Shown here piece by piece: positions 11,111 to 22,579 of a stretch of 64,000 nucleotides of DNA. The position numbers and the translations under genes were made by a program. Position 1 is the stretch's first letter; each line of letters begins with the position of its first letter. The notes under the pieces are model-generated. The model had not been told where the DNA came from. It saw only the letters and a program-made list of their open reading frames with translations, and did no database searches. This DNA is from Okamejei kenojei (taxonomy: Eukaryota): NCBI GenBank assembly GCA_035221665.1, contig CM069145.1, forward strand, positions 15,996,001 to 16,060,000, in the 5' to 3' direction.

Positions 11111-11854
11111 TGGACAATTAGTGATGGACAATACTCCAAAGTTTCTTTCAGGTCAATAATGACACAGCACAAGCCTTATTTTTCAACACTTGCCAGCAAC
11201 TACTTCATCATCCACGTTTGTTTCATTCCTAGTCTTTATTAGGCACTGCCAGACCTCTGTGTCCTTCTCCAGCCTAAACAAAACGTTTCAGATACTGCCA
11301 GATTTTTCCACTTTAGGAAATCATGTCTACAACTTTACTTTTGTCAGAACTCTAATCCACAACACTGCAGTTTTCGGACCATATTTTTTAACAATGCCTT
11401 TCCCCATTCCATCCTCTTCAGAACTCCGGCTCATCTGTTACTATCCAAGTAATGTTCGTGTCTGCATAAATTCACTGATTACTGATGTCCTTGCCAAATT
11501 CCACAGCCCCAGGGAACTGATAGTCACCTTCAATTTTAACTCTCTCTAAGGCCACAGTTCACCTCTTCTGAACAACTTTATTAGTGTCTGCCCATGTCTT
11601 CTGCCCTCGATTTTGGATTCCGATGCATTTGCCACTACCTGGTAATGCCCAAGTTGCTATTCACTACAATCCTGTCCCCTAGAATTCTCTCCTCGAATCA
11701 AAACCACTTCACTTGCACCTTGTCTACAAAGGAAATACCTCCGCTTATGTCTACAACTCGTTCTGCTTGTGGTGTGTCACCCCATGCTGTACAATGCAAA
11801 GCACCTTGATTTATTTTATAATGAGAAACACTACATGAATAAAGGGTTTAAAAA

Positions 11855-11984
11855 GGGCCTGAAGAAGGGTTTTGACCCAAAACATTGCCTATTTCCTTCG
11901 CTCCATAGACACTTCCGCACCCGCTGAGTTTCTCCAGCATTTTTGTCTACCTTCTATTTTGCAGCATCTGTCGTTCCTTCTTAA
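11855..11984 (+). mobile_element. PLE-derived short repeat with 13-bp TSD
   Basis: GGGCCTGAAGAAGGGTTTTGACCCAAAACATTGCCT...; ACATGAATAAAGG at 11833-11845 and 11985-11997. Confidence 0.85.
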
Positions 11985-12904
11985 ACATGAATAAAGGCTG
12001 TTGATGAAGTACACCCTGTAAAATGTTCTTCACATTTAAATGAATTTTCATTTGTAATCTAACAAATCTCTTCATTATTTATTCCTCGTGCTTTATGGAC
12101 GTGCTGTTCATTCCATTTTCACTACTCCATGCAAGCTCACTGAAAAAAAAAATCTCCAGCTCATTGTAACTCAAGTGTTCCAACGGCAGACAACTCTGGC
12201 ACATTTATTTCAGGAGGAGACAAGTGAAGAGCACACAGGGAGGATTATCACCTTGTTGCTCATTACTCCGCCAAATAATAGTGGTGTCGTTAAGACTGCA
12301 CTCACTGATCAGCTAGAGCAGTGGGGCCTGAGGCAAGGGTAGAGACAGTAGATTTCAGTGTCCCATCCTGAAGACATCCCTGAACCGTACACTAACCACG
12401 ATTATGCAATTTCCTTGTAAATTATTACATGTGTGAATAAATGACAGTATTGAAGTTAAACTTTCCATACCCTTTTTTTGTTTGTTCGTTTATGTGGCTG
12501 TTAATCCATTCCATTAAACAACACTTAAATTGTGGATAAAGCAAGTGCTTTAACCGCTTATAGATTCATTCATACAGTTTAATTTTAAATCTTGGTAGGA
12601 TTTTGCATGGTAGGAGATGTCCTTGAAAGTCCTGCCATGGTAATGAACCATTTGTTTGTCTTTAATCCTACCTGAATGTTTACTGCATGTGTTAACTTAA
12701 TTGAAATAAAAACCAGGACAGAAGCCAATTTTCCTCGGTTGTTCAATGCATGGGATTGTTGCCTTTATCACAATGTCATTTACAACGTGAGAAATGCATT
12801 AGAACACAGAAGCATGCGATAATAGGATTAGGAGCAGGAGGAGACCACTCTGCCCATCAAACCTGCCCTGCCTTGAGCTGATCTGCCCAACAACTCATCT
12901 ACTC

Positions 12905-13830
12905 TCAAGAGTCAAGAGTGTTTCATGGTCATATGTACCGTCAATGGAACAATTAAATTCTTACTTGCTGCAGCTTAACAGGTCTCAAAGGTGCAAATAT
13001 ACCCAGATAATACATAATCATAAAAATACAAGAATTAATAACTGCAATAGTAGTTAATCTTAAAAGTACAATAGCATAAGTCTGTGGTGCAGTCAAAAAC
13101 AAAGTCAATGGAAGTTGCTGAAGTTAGTGTTGTGTAATGTTCAAGAGCCTGATGGCTGCTGGGAAGAAACTGTTTCTGAACCCGCTGATTAGTTTTCAGG
13201 TTCCTATACCTTCTTCCCAATGGTAGTAGTGAAATGAGAGCATGGCCTGGGTAGTGTGGGTCAATGATGATGTTCGACACAAAATGCTGGAGCAGGGACA
13301 GGCAGCATCTCTGGAGAGGAAGAATGTGCGATGTTTTGGGTCAAGACCTTTCTATAGGGTCTCTTCCCGAAACGTCACCCATTCCTTCTACACAGAAATG
13401 CTGCCTGTCCCGCTGAGTTCCTCCAGTATTTTGTGTAAATCTACGGTGTAAACCAGAATCTGCGGTTCCTTCGCACTCAATTATGATGTTATTGGGCGTC
13501 TTTTTGAAGCAGCAACTAACAATTCTTTTGATAGTGTGGAGGCCAGTACTTGTGATGTGCCTACCATTCTCTGTCGTCTCCTTTGATACTGGGTTTCCAA
13601 AACAGGCACGAAGCAACCATATGTTCATCTCATCTCCTGACCTTCCCTTCTCTTCAATATGCTCTCCTTTAAAAGTTCAATAAATTATTAAGTGACATAT
13701 CAAATCTACTCAATTTTCTTGGGAAGTAGACGTGTTAATGAACTTTCTTAGTGATTGCATCGACATGTTGGACCCTGGGCAAATATGCATGCCCAGGAAC
13801 TTGAAGCCGTCCTCCCATCCATGAAGACGT
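12905..13830 (-). mobile_element. Rex1/Babar-clade LINE 3' fragment with nested insertions
   Basis: Minus ORF NIIIDPHYPGHALISLLPLGRRYRNLKT; homologous to 43900-44270; interrupted by a PLE repeat at 13277-13480. Confidence 0.75.
13277..13480. mobile_element. Inverted pair of PLE-derived repeats
   Basis: GACACAAAATGCTGGAG...GCATCTCTGGAGAG, then CCCGAAACGTCACCCATTCC...CCAGAATCTGCGGTTCCTT. Confidence 0.8.
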
Positions 13831-13977
13831 TTGTGGATCTCTGACCTTTGTACTTGTTCTGTCAGACAAGTAAGATATGAAATTCTGACTTAAAGATTCA
13901 GAATGTCAAAGCTCTCTGTTTGTTTCACCGATGGACTCCCCACCACTGTGCCCACTCTGTCTAGCTCTCTCTCGAAA

Positions 13978-14116
13978 GCATCCAGAGAACCTCTGAGGCA
14001 GAGAATTCCATAGACTCACAACTCGCTAAGTGAAAAGTTTTTCCTCATCTCCATTTGAAATGGCTGACCCCTTATTCTTAAACGGTGGCCCCTTGGTTCT
14101 GGAACATGTTTCCTCT
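13978..14116 (-). mobile_element. CR1 fragment
   Basis: GGCAGAGAATTCCATAGACTCACAACTC...CTTATTCTTAAAC...GGTTCTGGA, as at 1440-1555. Confidence 0.8.
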
Positions 14117-17100
14117 TTTTTAATTAAAAAAAAGTTAAGTAATGTTTAATTATGTTAATAAGTCGAAGTAAGTAATTCATTGCTTATACGTTGATCAATA
14201 TATCGTTTTATAGCCTGCAAAGGTGCAGGTGGATGGAGAAGGCTTTGCCAGTTATCAAAGCTTTCAGAGTTTTTCACGTGTGGGAACAGCAATTTACCAT
14301 TTGAAGTCTTATTGCTGGAAATGTGGATGATTAGGGCCAACAAAACTGGCTCTCAGCATCGTTCTCCACTAGGTCCTGCTGTTGGAGGAATGGACATGGT
14401 GATTCGATGTTGGAGGAGTATGACGGGACAATCTGACCCAACATTTACAAAATCGTCAAATATACCTTGGCTTTGCAGAGATTTTTGCCAGTGCACTAAA
14501 TACAACGATTGATCAGCTTTCAAAATTGGAAACGAATAAGGAACATCAGCCTTGCAAAATTGTAAAATGAAATTGTATTTTCATAAATTAAATCTATGCG
14601 TAGTGATTCACAATCATTTTTGTTTTACCTCTATTTTAACTCTATGTCCCTCTATTGCATTTCAGCTGCAGGTCATATTTCTACTAATACTACAGTTTTT
14701 AATCTTGTAGTTTCATCAGAATCTCCAATTCCCCGCTCTAGATAACATTTCTAATGATTGCCCTTAATCACTGCTTTTGGTTTGTTTTCCACCTCAGAGA
14801 TTAATGCAACGAGCTTCTCCCTCAAAGGAAACCACTGGGGAAAAAAAAAAACGCAGGAGCAAACCCACGACAACATTCACACGCCACCAACGGCCTTACA
14901 GCCCCGTCTATCATCCATCATCGTGTAATAAAAATGGTAGTTATTGGTTACAAGGTTGCTATGATGCAAATAGTGGGGCCAATTAGAGTCGACTTCCTCT
15001 CTACATGGCAACACTGAATGAAGCTGTGATACTGTGACAGACTTAACAAAATAAAACAGTCACAGATGCTTTTATCAAATGTGCACGCTTCTATTAATTA
15101 AGGAATGTCATATAGATTGAAGCAAAAACAATGATGATGCTATGTTTGGAAGTATATTAACTACATCATATGTTGATCCTCAAGTTTAATGCCAACATAT
15201 TTTAAATTGAAAGCACTTTTCTCAGTTGATTACAAACACAAGAGTGACATGCCAAATACACCACGGTAAACAGATGGTGCAAAATACATAAAGTATTTAT
15301 CTCCAACTGTAAGTTAGACAGAGACATTTCTTTTTGTACATACTGCAGACAACTTCAGTTGTTGCTTGTGAATCCTGTATTCCACATAGATCAACAGTCT
15401 TTTACCGTGTTCATTTTATCTCTCAAAGGAATCTTATGGTCCTGAGTAAAAATATTTTCCCCCCCTTGATGCGTCAATTTGAACTAAAATATTTATTCAA
15501 AACATTTGTGCAGCGGAACTTGATAATACGTTTGCAAACTTTCATGGCATTCCACACATCATGTAATTCATTATTATTTCGTTCCCACTGTCACATTTTT
15601 CTAAAATCAGAATTTATTTCCTCCCATAAATTACCATTCATCTGTGATCTGAAAATAGAACCTTGCGGCCTAAGTTTTCTAGTGGGTGTCATTTTGACAG
15701 CAGTAACTGATTTATTTTAAGTGCTTTACTTCCAGTGTTGAAATAATGCCAAACAGTAACTCTGGGCTTTATTATCACTTGCACAAATTGCCACCTATTT
15801 ACATTATATTTCCGCGTATAAGAACATCTTACTACTTCTATGGGGCATTAATGGCTTTAAAATAAAATGGTCACATTTTCCGCCAAATGGACAATGTTCA
15901 CCTTAACACCACACTATCAGTTACTGCAGGTGGAGAACTTAGCTCATGGTGTGCAAATATGTAATCACCTTCAATTTTCTTTTTTTTTGTTTAAAAATTA
16001 GGCCAAAGCGGTGTAATATCCTGTTATTGTTATTTTTTTTGGCCGGCAAATAGAGTTACAATAACAGGCATGCATTGTACACTAGTTTCAGCATTGAGTA
16101 ACAGTATATGCAAATGCAAAACAGAAGTGAAAACCTGCAATTTATCATTAGGTAAACAAAACAGTTAACCCTTATTCAACGGCACACACTGGGGATCCAA
16201 CTGCCAGTGCAACAAATGTTGTGACTGCCACTTAGAGAATTAATGGTTCAACATTTCATCCTAAATGAAGGCATCTGATTTAAAACAGGCTTTTCCAGTC
16301 TAGAGACCAAAAAAAAAAGATAAGTACTTGAATGTTTTCCAAGTTTCAGCAGTTTTCTTCTCTGGTATATAACTGCATAATGTAAAATTATTATAGAATG
16401 TACTAGGAGGAGAGAAAAGAAACAGGCTATCTTTCTAATGTAAAAATCACAGACAAATACAAAACAATGCCTCAAGGTCAAAAGGGTACAATTTATGGAA
16501 CTTTACGCAGCATTTACTGGCAAACAGCCGACAGCATTTTAAGAGCAATGCAAACTGGGATCTGTGGTTACACTGCCCTTGGACATCATGGAGGCACACG
16601 GCATGACAAAGATCTGAGCATGTGCAGTTCCATTCCTGTATAAAGTGCTAGCTTCGGCTTCTGTCTCAATTCAATTTTTGCAAAATTGAAAAAAGTCGAC
16701 TGTCCTTTAAAACGGGGTAGAAATTGAAAAGAAGTGCGGTCTTCTTTCAAAGAAACGCTGAAGAAAAAAAAAACATTGCATTGGAAGAAAACAGGCTGTG
16801 TCCCGGCAATAGTGGGAGCAGTGCCAGCCAGTAAGCCGTGAAAAGGAGAAAGAGCACCTTTCGCAACTGTTTTCACTCCTGCTAACACTTGCCTCCACTG
16901 CAGACTTTTATTGTCCTTTTGGCACAAGAAAAGTGCAGTTTAAAAACTCCATTGACTGCAGACTGTTGCATTACTATGTCACACCGAAGAGGCTTCTTTG
17001 CATCCCTTGCAAGTATCTTCTCATCAGCAAAGCAGCTCACATGTAACTAAACAGCGCAGTCTTCTCGTGAATGACTAGACTCAGGAAAGCACGCATACTC

Positions 17101-17550
17101 CCTGTCAGACTAAAGTTCTATTTAACCTCACGGCATAGCATACAATATAGAATAATTAAATTGTACAAACTCTCTTTGTTCCTGAAATTTTCATTGAACA
17201 TTGAGAAATAAAAGTTGCAACATTTAAAGCAATTAGTTCTGTTGTCAGAGGATATTTTCAAAAACAGGTAAATTTTGCATTGCACAGTTATGAAATTACA
17301 ACAGTGCTGAAGTAAAGAGCTAGTGAAATTGAAATGTAAATTTGAGGGTTGAATCTTTTGATTTACAAATTTTATTCAAATTATCTCATTACGCAGAAAC
17401 ATTAATTTTAAACGCAGTGTTTAAAATTGAGACTCATTGTTTGCAGGGTGTAGAAAATAGGGTTAATCAGTGGTTGTAAAAATTAATCATATCAACATGA
17501 GGGTAAATAACTTGCAAAGCAATGCGAAAATACAGTAAAATGGGACTCAC

Positions 17551-17650
17551 TTCACTGGTCCACAGAGAACCAGCACACATGTGATGGGCAGAATGGACAT
17601 GTGTGGTTGGAATTTTATGAATAAAAAAACTTAAAGTTCAGCACAATCTT
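17551..17650 (-). ncRNA. Candidate non-coding exon (100 nt)
   Basis: Acceptor ctcctcttcctgtgacaatcttccag, donor GAA|GTGAGT; repeat-free context. Confidence 0.4.
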
Positions 17651-18277
17651 CTGGAAGATTGTCACAGGAAGAGGAGTAGAGGATTGCTGCCACATCAGCG
17701 TGGATCTTGCTGAGTGGGGTCTGCTAATTTCTCCCACAGCCCTGACTTTGCCAAGCCCTTTTACTGACCCACTGCCCCACCTTGTATAGACCCACTGCCC
17801 CACCTTCACCAGACCCACAGCACCCCCCCCCCCCCCCCTTTACGAGACCCACCGCCACCCGGCCAATTTTCCCAAGTTAAATGCCAAGGCTCCATGTGGC
17901 ATGCTGTCCTCGTGCAATATAATCAGGAATGAGATGAAGGACAAGCCCTTTGCTAAGTAACAAGATTCTGCCCCCGGGTTAGCCGTCACCCAAAGATGTC
18001 CAATGTACTCAATGACTAAGCAGGAAATATATAATTTAAGCAGATTTAAAGTAACTGGCATTGTTTTACGGAAAAAAATAAATAAAACTATCCACAGATA
18101 CATAAAATTCCAAGTAATTGAAGTATTAAGGCAAACAGAAAATAATTTGAAAAATATATAACTTGTTTTCTTTTTATCATAGGATTGCATTAATGCTTGG
18201 GAATCTTAGCAAGTTGCAGCCCCATCTGACTCTATTTAGGCACCATGTAAGGAACTGTTGAAACTGTGAGCACTTAC

Positions 18278-18309
18278 CCGAGTGAAATGCCAGTTAGTTC
18301 TGTGTGGAT
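18278..18309 (-). ncRNA. Candidate non-coding exon (32 nt)
   Basis: Acceptor ttttgctgtcctttgccgcag, consensus donor CGG|GTAAGT. Confidence 0.5.
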
Positions 18310-19207
18310 CTGCGGCAAAGGACAGCAAAACTCTGGCCATTAAAATCATGCATTTCATAACTATCTGAATGCACAATTATAATACCATTGTTTCCCGAAT
18401 AAACAAATAATCCAATGGACACTACAGAACACAGACAGTAAAATAGTTCAAGGAAAAATACCAAAAAAATGTAAAATCTTATGTGACCACAAGATACAAA
18501 ATAAACTGTGGTTTTAACGAACAAAGTTAAAAGGTAAATGAAAAAATAGAATGAACACTTTGTTTTCAATTTTTTTTTCCACATTTCCAGATACTTGCGT
18601 GTCCGAACCATTTGTTTGTATTTTTCGAATCTTTTAAAAAATATATTTCTACTAAAAGCATTATATTCTATAACAGAATGTCTGCAGCATATCTCTCCAT
18701 TGTTATTTGCTGAATAAATCATGACAGCAGTCTAGGAAGTTATCTAGTGTATGTAGTACTTTTAGTTCTTCTACCATGAGCGAGTGTGATCAATTTTATC
18801 TCTGGAGGATTCGACCAGGAATCTAACTCCATAACCCTGCCAATATAAGGCAAGGTCTGCTCCATCTCCGAGCAAATGCATTTGGAAAAGAAACTAAGCA
18901 CTTAGGGTAGGTAAGCGCGAGTGTTTGTGAAACAAGAGCATAAAATGATCAAAGATTATTTTTTTTGTTGAAAATTGTATGGTGACCACGAGATACAAAG
19001 TAAATGTACTAAAACAACATACAATGCTATCTTTCCAACAGCCTCAAGTCCCAACAGTTAATCTACACAGACACACTACAACCACATATGTAAAACGTTA
19101 GTGCAAAGCCTCAAAAGCCACAGCATACAGTAGCCCACTCTGCTAATTTGATTAAAAGCAGCCTCCACAGTAAAAATGTATTAATTGAAAGTTCATCAGC
19201 TTCTTAC

Positions 19208-19247
19208 CAACCTTTTTCAGGGACTCAAGTGTAATTCTGTACCATCT
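19208..19247 (-). ncRNA. Candidate non-coding exon (40 nt)
   Basis: Branch-like ctgactaa, acceptor gctttctgtag, donor TTG|GTAAGA. Confidence 0.4.
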
Positions 19248-19560
19248 CTACAGAAAGCATTTAGTCAGATCATCTTCTCCACATCCCCCCACCCCCCTCC
19301 TCCCACCCCCTAGTATTTGCTACTAACAAAAATCATGTTATTTAAGTCTGCTTTCATTGTAGAATATAATACTCTGTTCTGTTTTTTTTAAAAAACTATC
19401 AACAAAAAAAAGTTTCCTAGAAATCTTAAAGAAATAAAATCTATCGGCCCATAAAACACTACAGATGGTGTAAATATTTTGAACAGAGTCAATACATGAT
19501 CAGAACTGACCTATGAACGACTGATGAAATTAAATTTTGGCACAGTCTGATTTATTTTAC

Positions 19561-19890
19561 CCGGCATCAAGCAAAACACTGGCAACAGCACAAACTCTAC
19601 AGAGATTTGGAGATTTCTGGCATCACAACTGGAGGTGAATCAGTGGTCCGCAAGTCATGTTTATATTGCATTTTCATGCACAATAAAAGAATAACCAAGT
19701 AGTAACCGATCAAACTTGGAGTGTGATTTCTTCCACACTTCATTCATCATGAAATTATAAGAATCGGGGAAATTCCACTCCGTGTTCAGGTGTTTCCTCA
19801 ACAACAGATTTTGTTTTGCCTTTATTGTCACTTTCAACTCATTGTTATCTGAACGCATATGAAGCAGACAGGAGCAGTATCCACTGAAAC
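19561..19890 (-). ncRNA. Weak candidate non-coding exon (330 nt)
   Basis: Acceptor ctgttttacgggtgcag, donor CGG|GTAAAA; both only moderate. Confidence 0.25.
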
Positions 19891-21346
19891 CTGCACCCGT
19901 AAAACAGACGGCATGATAGATTTACCATCTCCCGTTCTTTTAATTTTAATACTTGCACATCTGTCTTCAAAATGTTCATCCTCTAAATATTGTACATTTG
20001 CATTTAATAAGTATTTGTCTGAATTATTATTGCTAGCCCAGGAATGCCATATTTAAACTTGTTAATTTGGCTGGTCAGGAGGCAATAATATAATTTCACT
20101 TTTATTGGAATTTTATTAATTGACATTTGACCTTGTCTGGAATGATTTTGTTTCTGATATTGCAAACCAATGCAACATTTATGTTCCTTCGGATATACTG
20201 AAAGCACGATAAACACAGGTTAAGCCACTTGGAATATTTATTTTTTATGGATAGAGAACTGTATCATCTGTGCAATCTTAAGGACAAATGGTATCAAAGC
20301 ACAGGGATTTTACAATGATCCACCTGGATTGCATGAGGGCTTCAGTTAAAAATAAAATGCATCTCATTCTCTTGTGCGAGGGTAATTGAAAATCTTAAGA
20401 TATCCCTGGTGACAAAATAGCTGAATTCCACACAAGTTGCTTAAATGCTATTTTGCACAAGGTAAAAATCCAGCCCGATAAATAGCTTTCTTCACAGTTC
20501 CTTTTTTGATTAAGCTGTTATTTTTTTTAGGTCAAATTTAAACTAATAATAAGATCATTTTACAGATAACAAATATCAAATTTGATCTTAGAAAGTTTTT
20601 GCTTATACAAGGTGTCAGAAATTGTAACATATAAAACATTATATGAAATATACCCATGATACAACTTATTGCTTATGTCTTGACTTATGTAATGTGGCTT
20701 TCAGAAGGCTAAAATTCAAACAGTCTCACATTGTTCCATAGTAACGTATATATTTTGTCATGCAAAGTGAAGTCTCCTGCAATAATGTTGGAACACATTA
20801 GAAAGCGCATATGTTTTCTATTCTATTCAACATTATTGCTGAAAACATATATTTCTAAACTATTCATTAGTTAATTTAAAGAACAGGCAGTACACATTCT
20901 TAAGGTTTCATACATTTCTGCAATTCTGTAATTTTGCATTCTATTAAGAAAGCAGAATCATTACGGAGGACACAAGGTATCTAGTATCAATTAGGATCAT
21001 TAAGGGTACACAGAATCATTACCAATAAAACAAATACATTATATTTGATGAGAACAATATCCAAAGCATTTTGCATTTAATCTGCTAAATGTTTTCTAAT
21101 CCTTAGAAACACAATAAAATCAATCCAAAACTATGCCCAACATATCAAAGTCATCATCTTTGAATTATTCAACTACTTGTTTGTCTCTGCAAGCATAATG
21201 TTCAAAATACATTAGTAAAACTTTCCGCTATGCTTATCCATTTCATATTCTATTAGTTCAGAACAGTTTACATTTCTTTTGGTTAAGTGGGATACAGTGG
21301 CACAGAAAATGCATCAATCACAAAAAACTAGTCCAGCTGAAGCCAT

Positions 21347-21494
21347 NNNNNNNNNNNNNNNNNNNNNNNNNNNNNNNNNNNNNNNNNNNNNNNNNNNNNN
21401 NNNNNNNNNNNNNNNNNNNNNNNNNNNNNNNNNNNNNNNNNNNNNNNNNNNNNNNNNNNNNNNNNNNNNNNNNNNNNNNNNNNNNNNNNNNNNN
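21347..21494. other. N block (148 nt)
   Basis: Run of N in unique sequence. Confidence 1.
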
Positions 21495-22208
21495 TGTGAT
21501 TTACGCTTTTGGACATTAATAAAACTGGATACTCTGAGTGTTCTATTGAAGGGACAGACATGGAAAAGGGTTTTGAAAAATCCCACAGCCACTGGAAAAG
21601 GCGCAGCAGAGCCATCGGAATGGAAACCCTGCAAGCGTGAAAACTGCAGTGCCACTTTCCATTGTGTAAGAAGTGTCCATCTGCTTGGTCAACTAATGCT
21701 TTTCAACGACTTTTACAGTACTAGTCGCATGTTATCTGGCTTTCTCTTAATTAATTTAAGATCTCAAAGGTCTCAAAGGAACTTCTGATGGAAGCAGGTT
21801 TTCTTCAAGTCACCTGAACAAAATTGGTCAAAACATTTTAAAAGCACTTTACATTTACAGTAGTGCTATGTAATATATGGTGCTTTGAATTCAATATCCA
21901 ATTCTTTTCACTTTGTTTTACTTGGATGTACGGAGCGCAAACCCACTCAAAAATTGCACAGCACCAGATAACTCTCTCCTTCGAATCAAATGCCAATCTC
22001 CTTTTTCTATTCCTACTAGAGAAAAATAAATCAAGTAATCTCTTTGCTGTTGTTTTTTACATTAGATGCAAGGCTAACAGCATACAAATTTTATAAATCA
22101 GATACTGAATACAACTTAAGCAAAAAGTAAATTACTGCAAGCAAGGAGAAAAATCTGAAATGCAAAAATCTGAAAATTGAATTATGGGTTCATTTAAAAT
22201 GTAGTCTC

Positions 22209-22347
22209 NNNNNNNNNNNNNNNNNNNNNNNNNNNNNNNNNNNNNNNNNNNNNNNNNNNNNNNNNNNNNNNNNNNNNNNNNNNNNNNNNNNNNNNNNNNN
22301 NNNNNNNNNNNNNNNNNNNNNNNNNNNNNNNNNNNNNNNNNNNNNNN
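22209..22347. other. N block (139 nt)
   Basis: Run of N in unique sequence. Confidence 1.
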
Positions 22348-22415
22348 GGTCAAAATCTCCACAGACTGGAGTTCGCAGTGCAAGATGAAATATTTTCCCC
22401 TGACAGTAAAAGGTG

Positions 22416-22579
22416 NNNNNNNNNNNNNNNNNNNNNNNNNNNNNNNNNNNNNNNNNNNNNNNNNNNNNNNNNNNNNNNNNNNNNNNNNNNNNNNNNNNNN
22501 NNNNNNNNNNNNNNNNNNNNNNNNNNNNNNNNNNNNNNNNNNNNNNNNNNNNNNNNNNNNNNNNNNNNNNNNNNNNNNN
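22416..22579. other. N block (164 nt)
   Basis: Run of N, 68 nt from the previous block. Confidence 1.
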
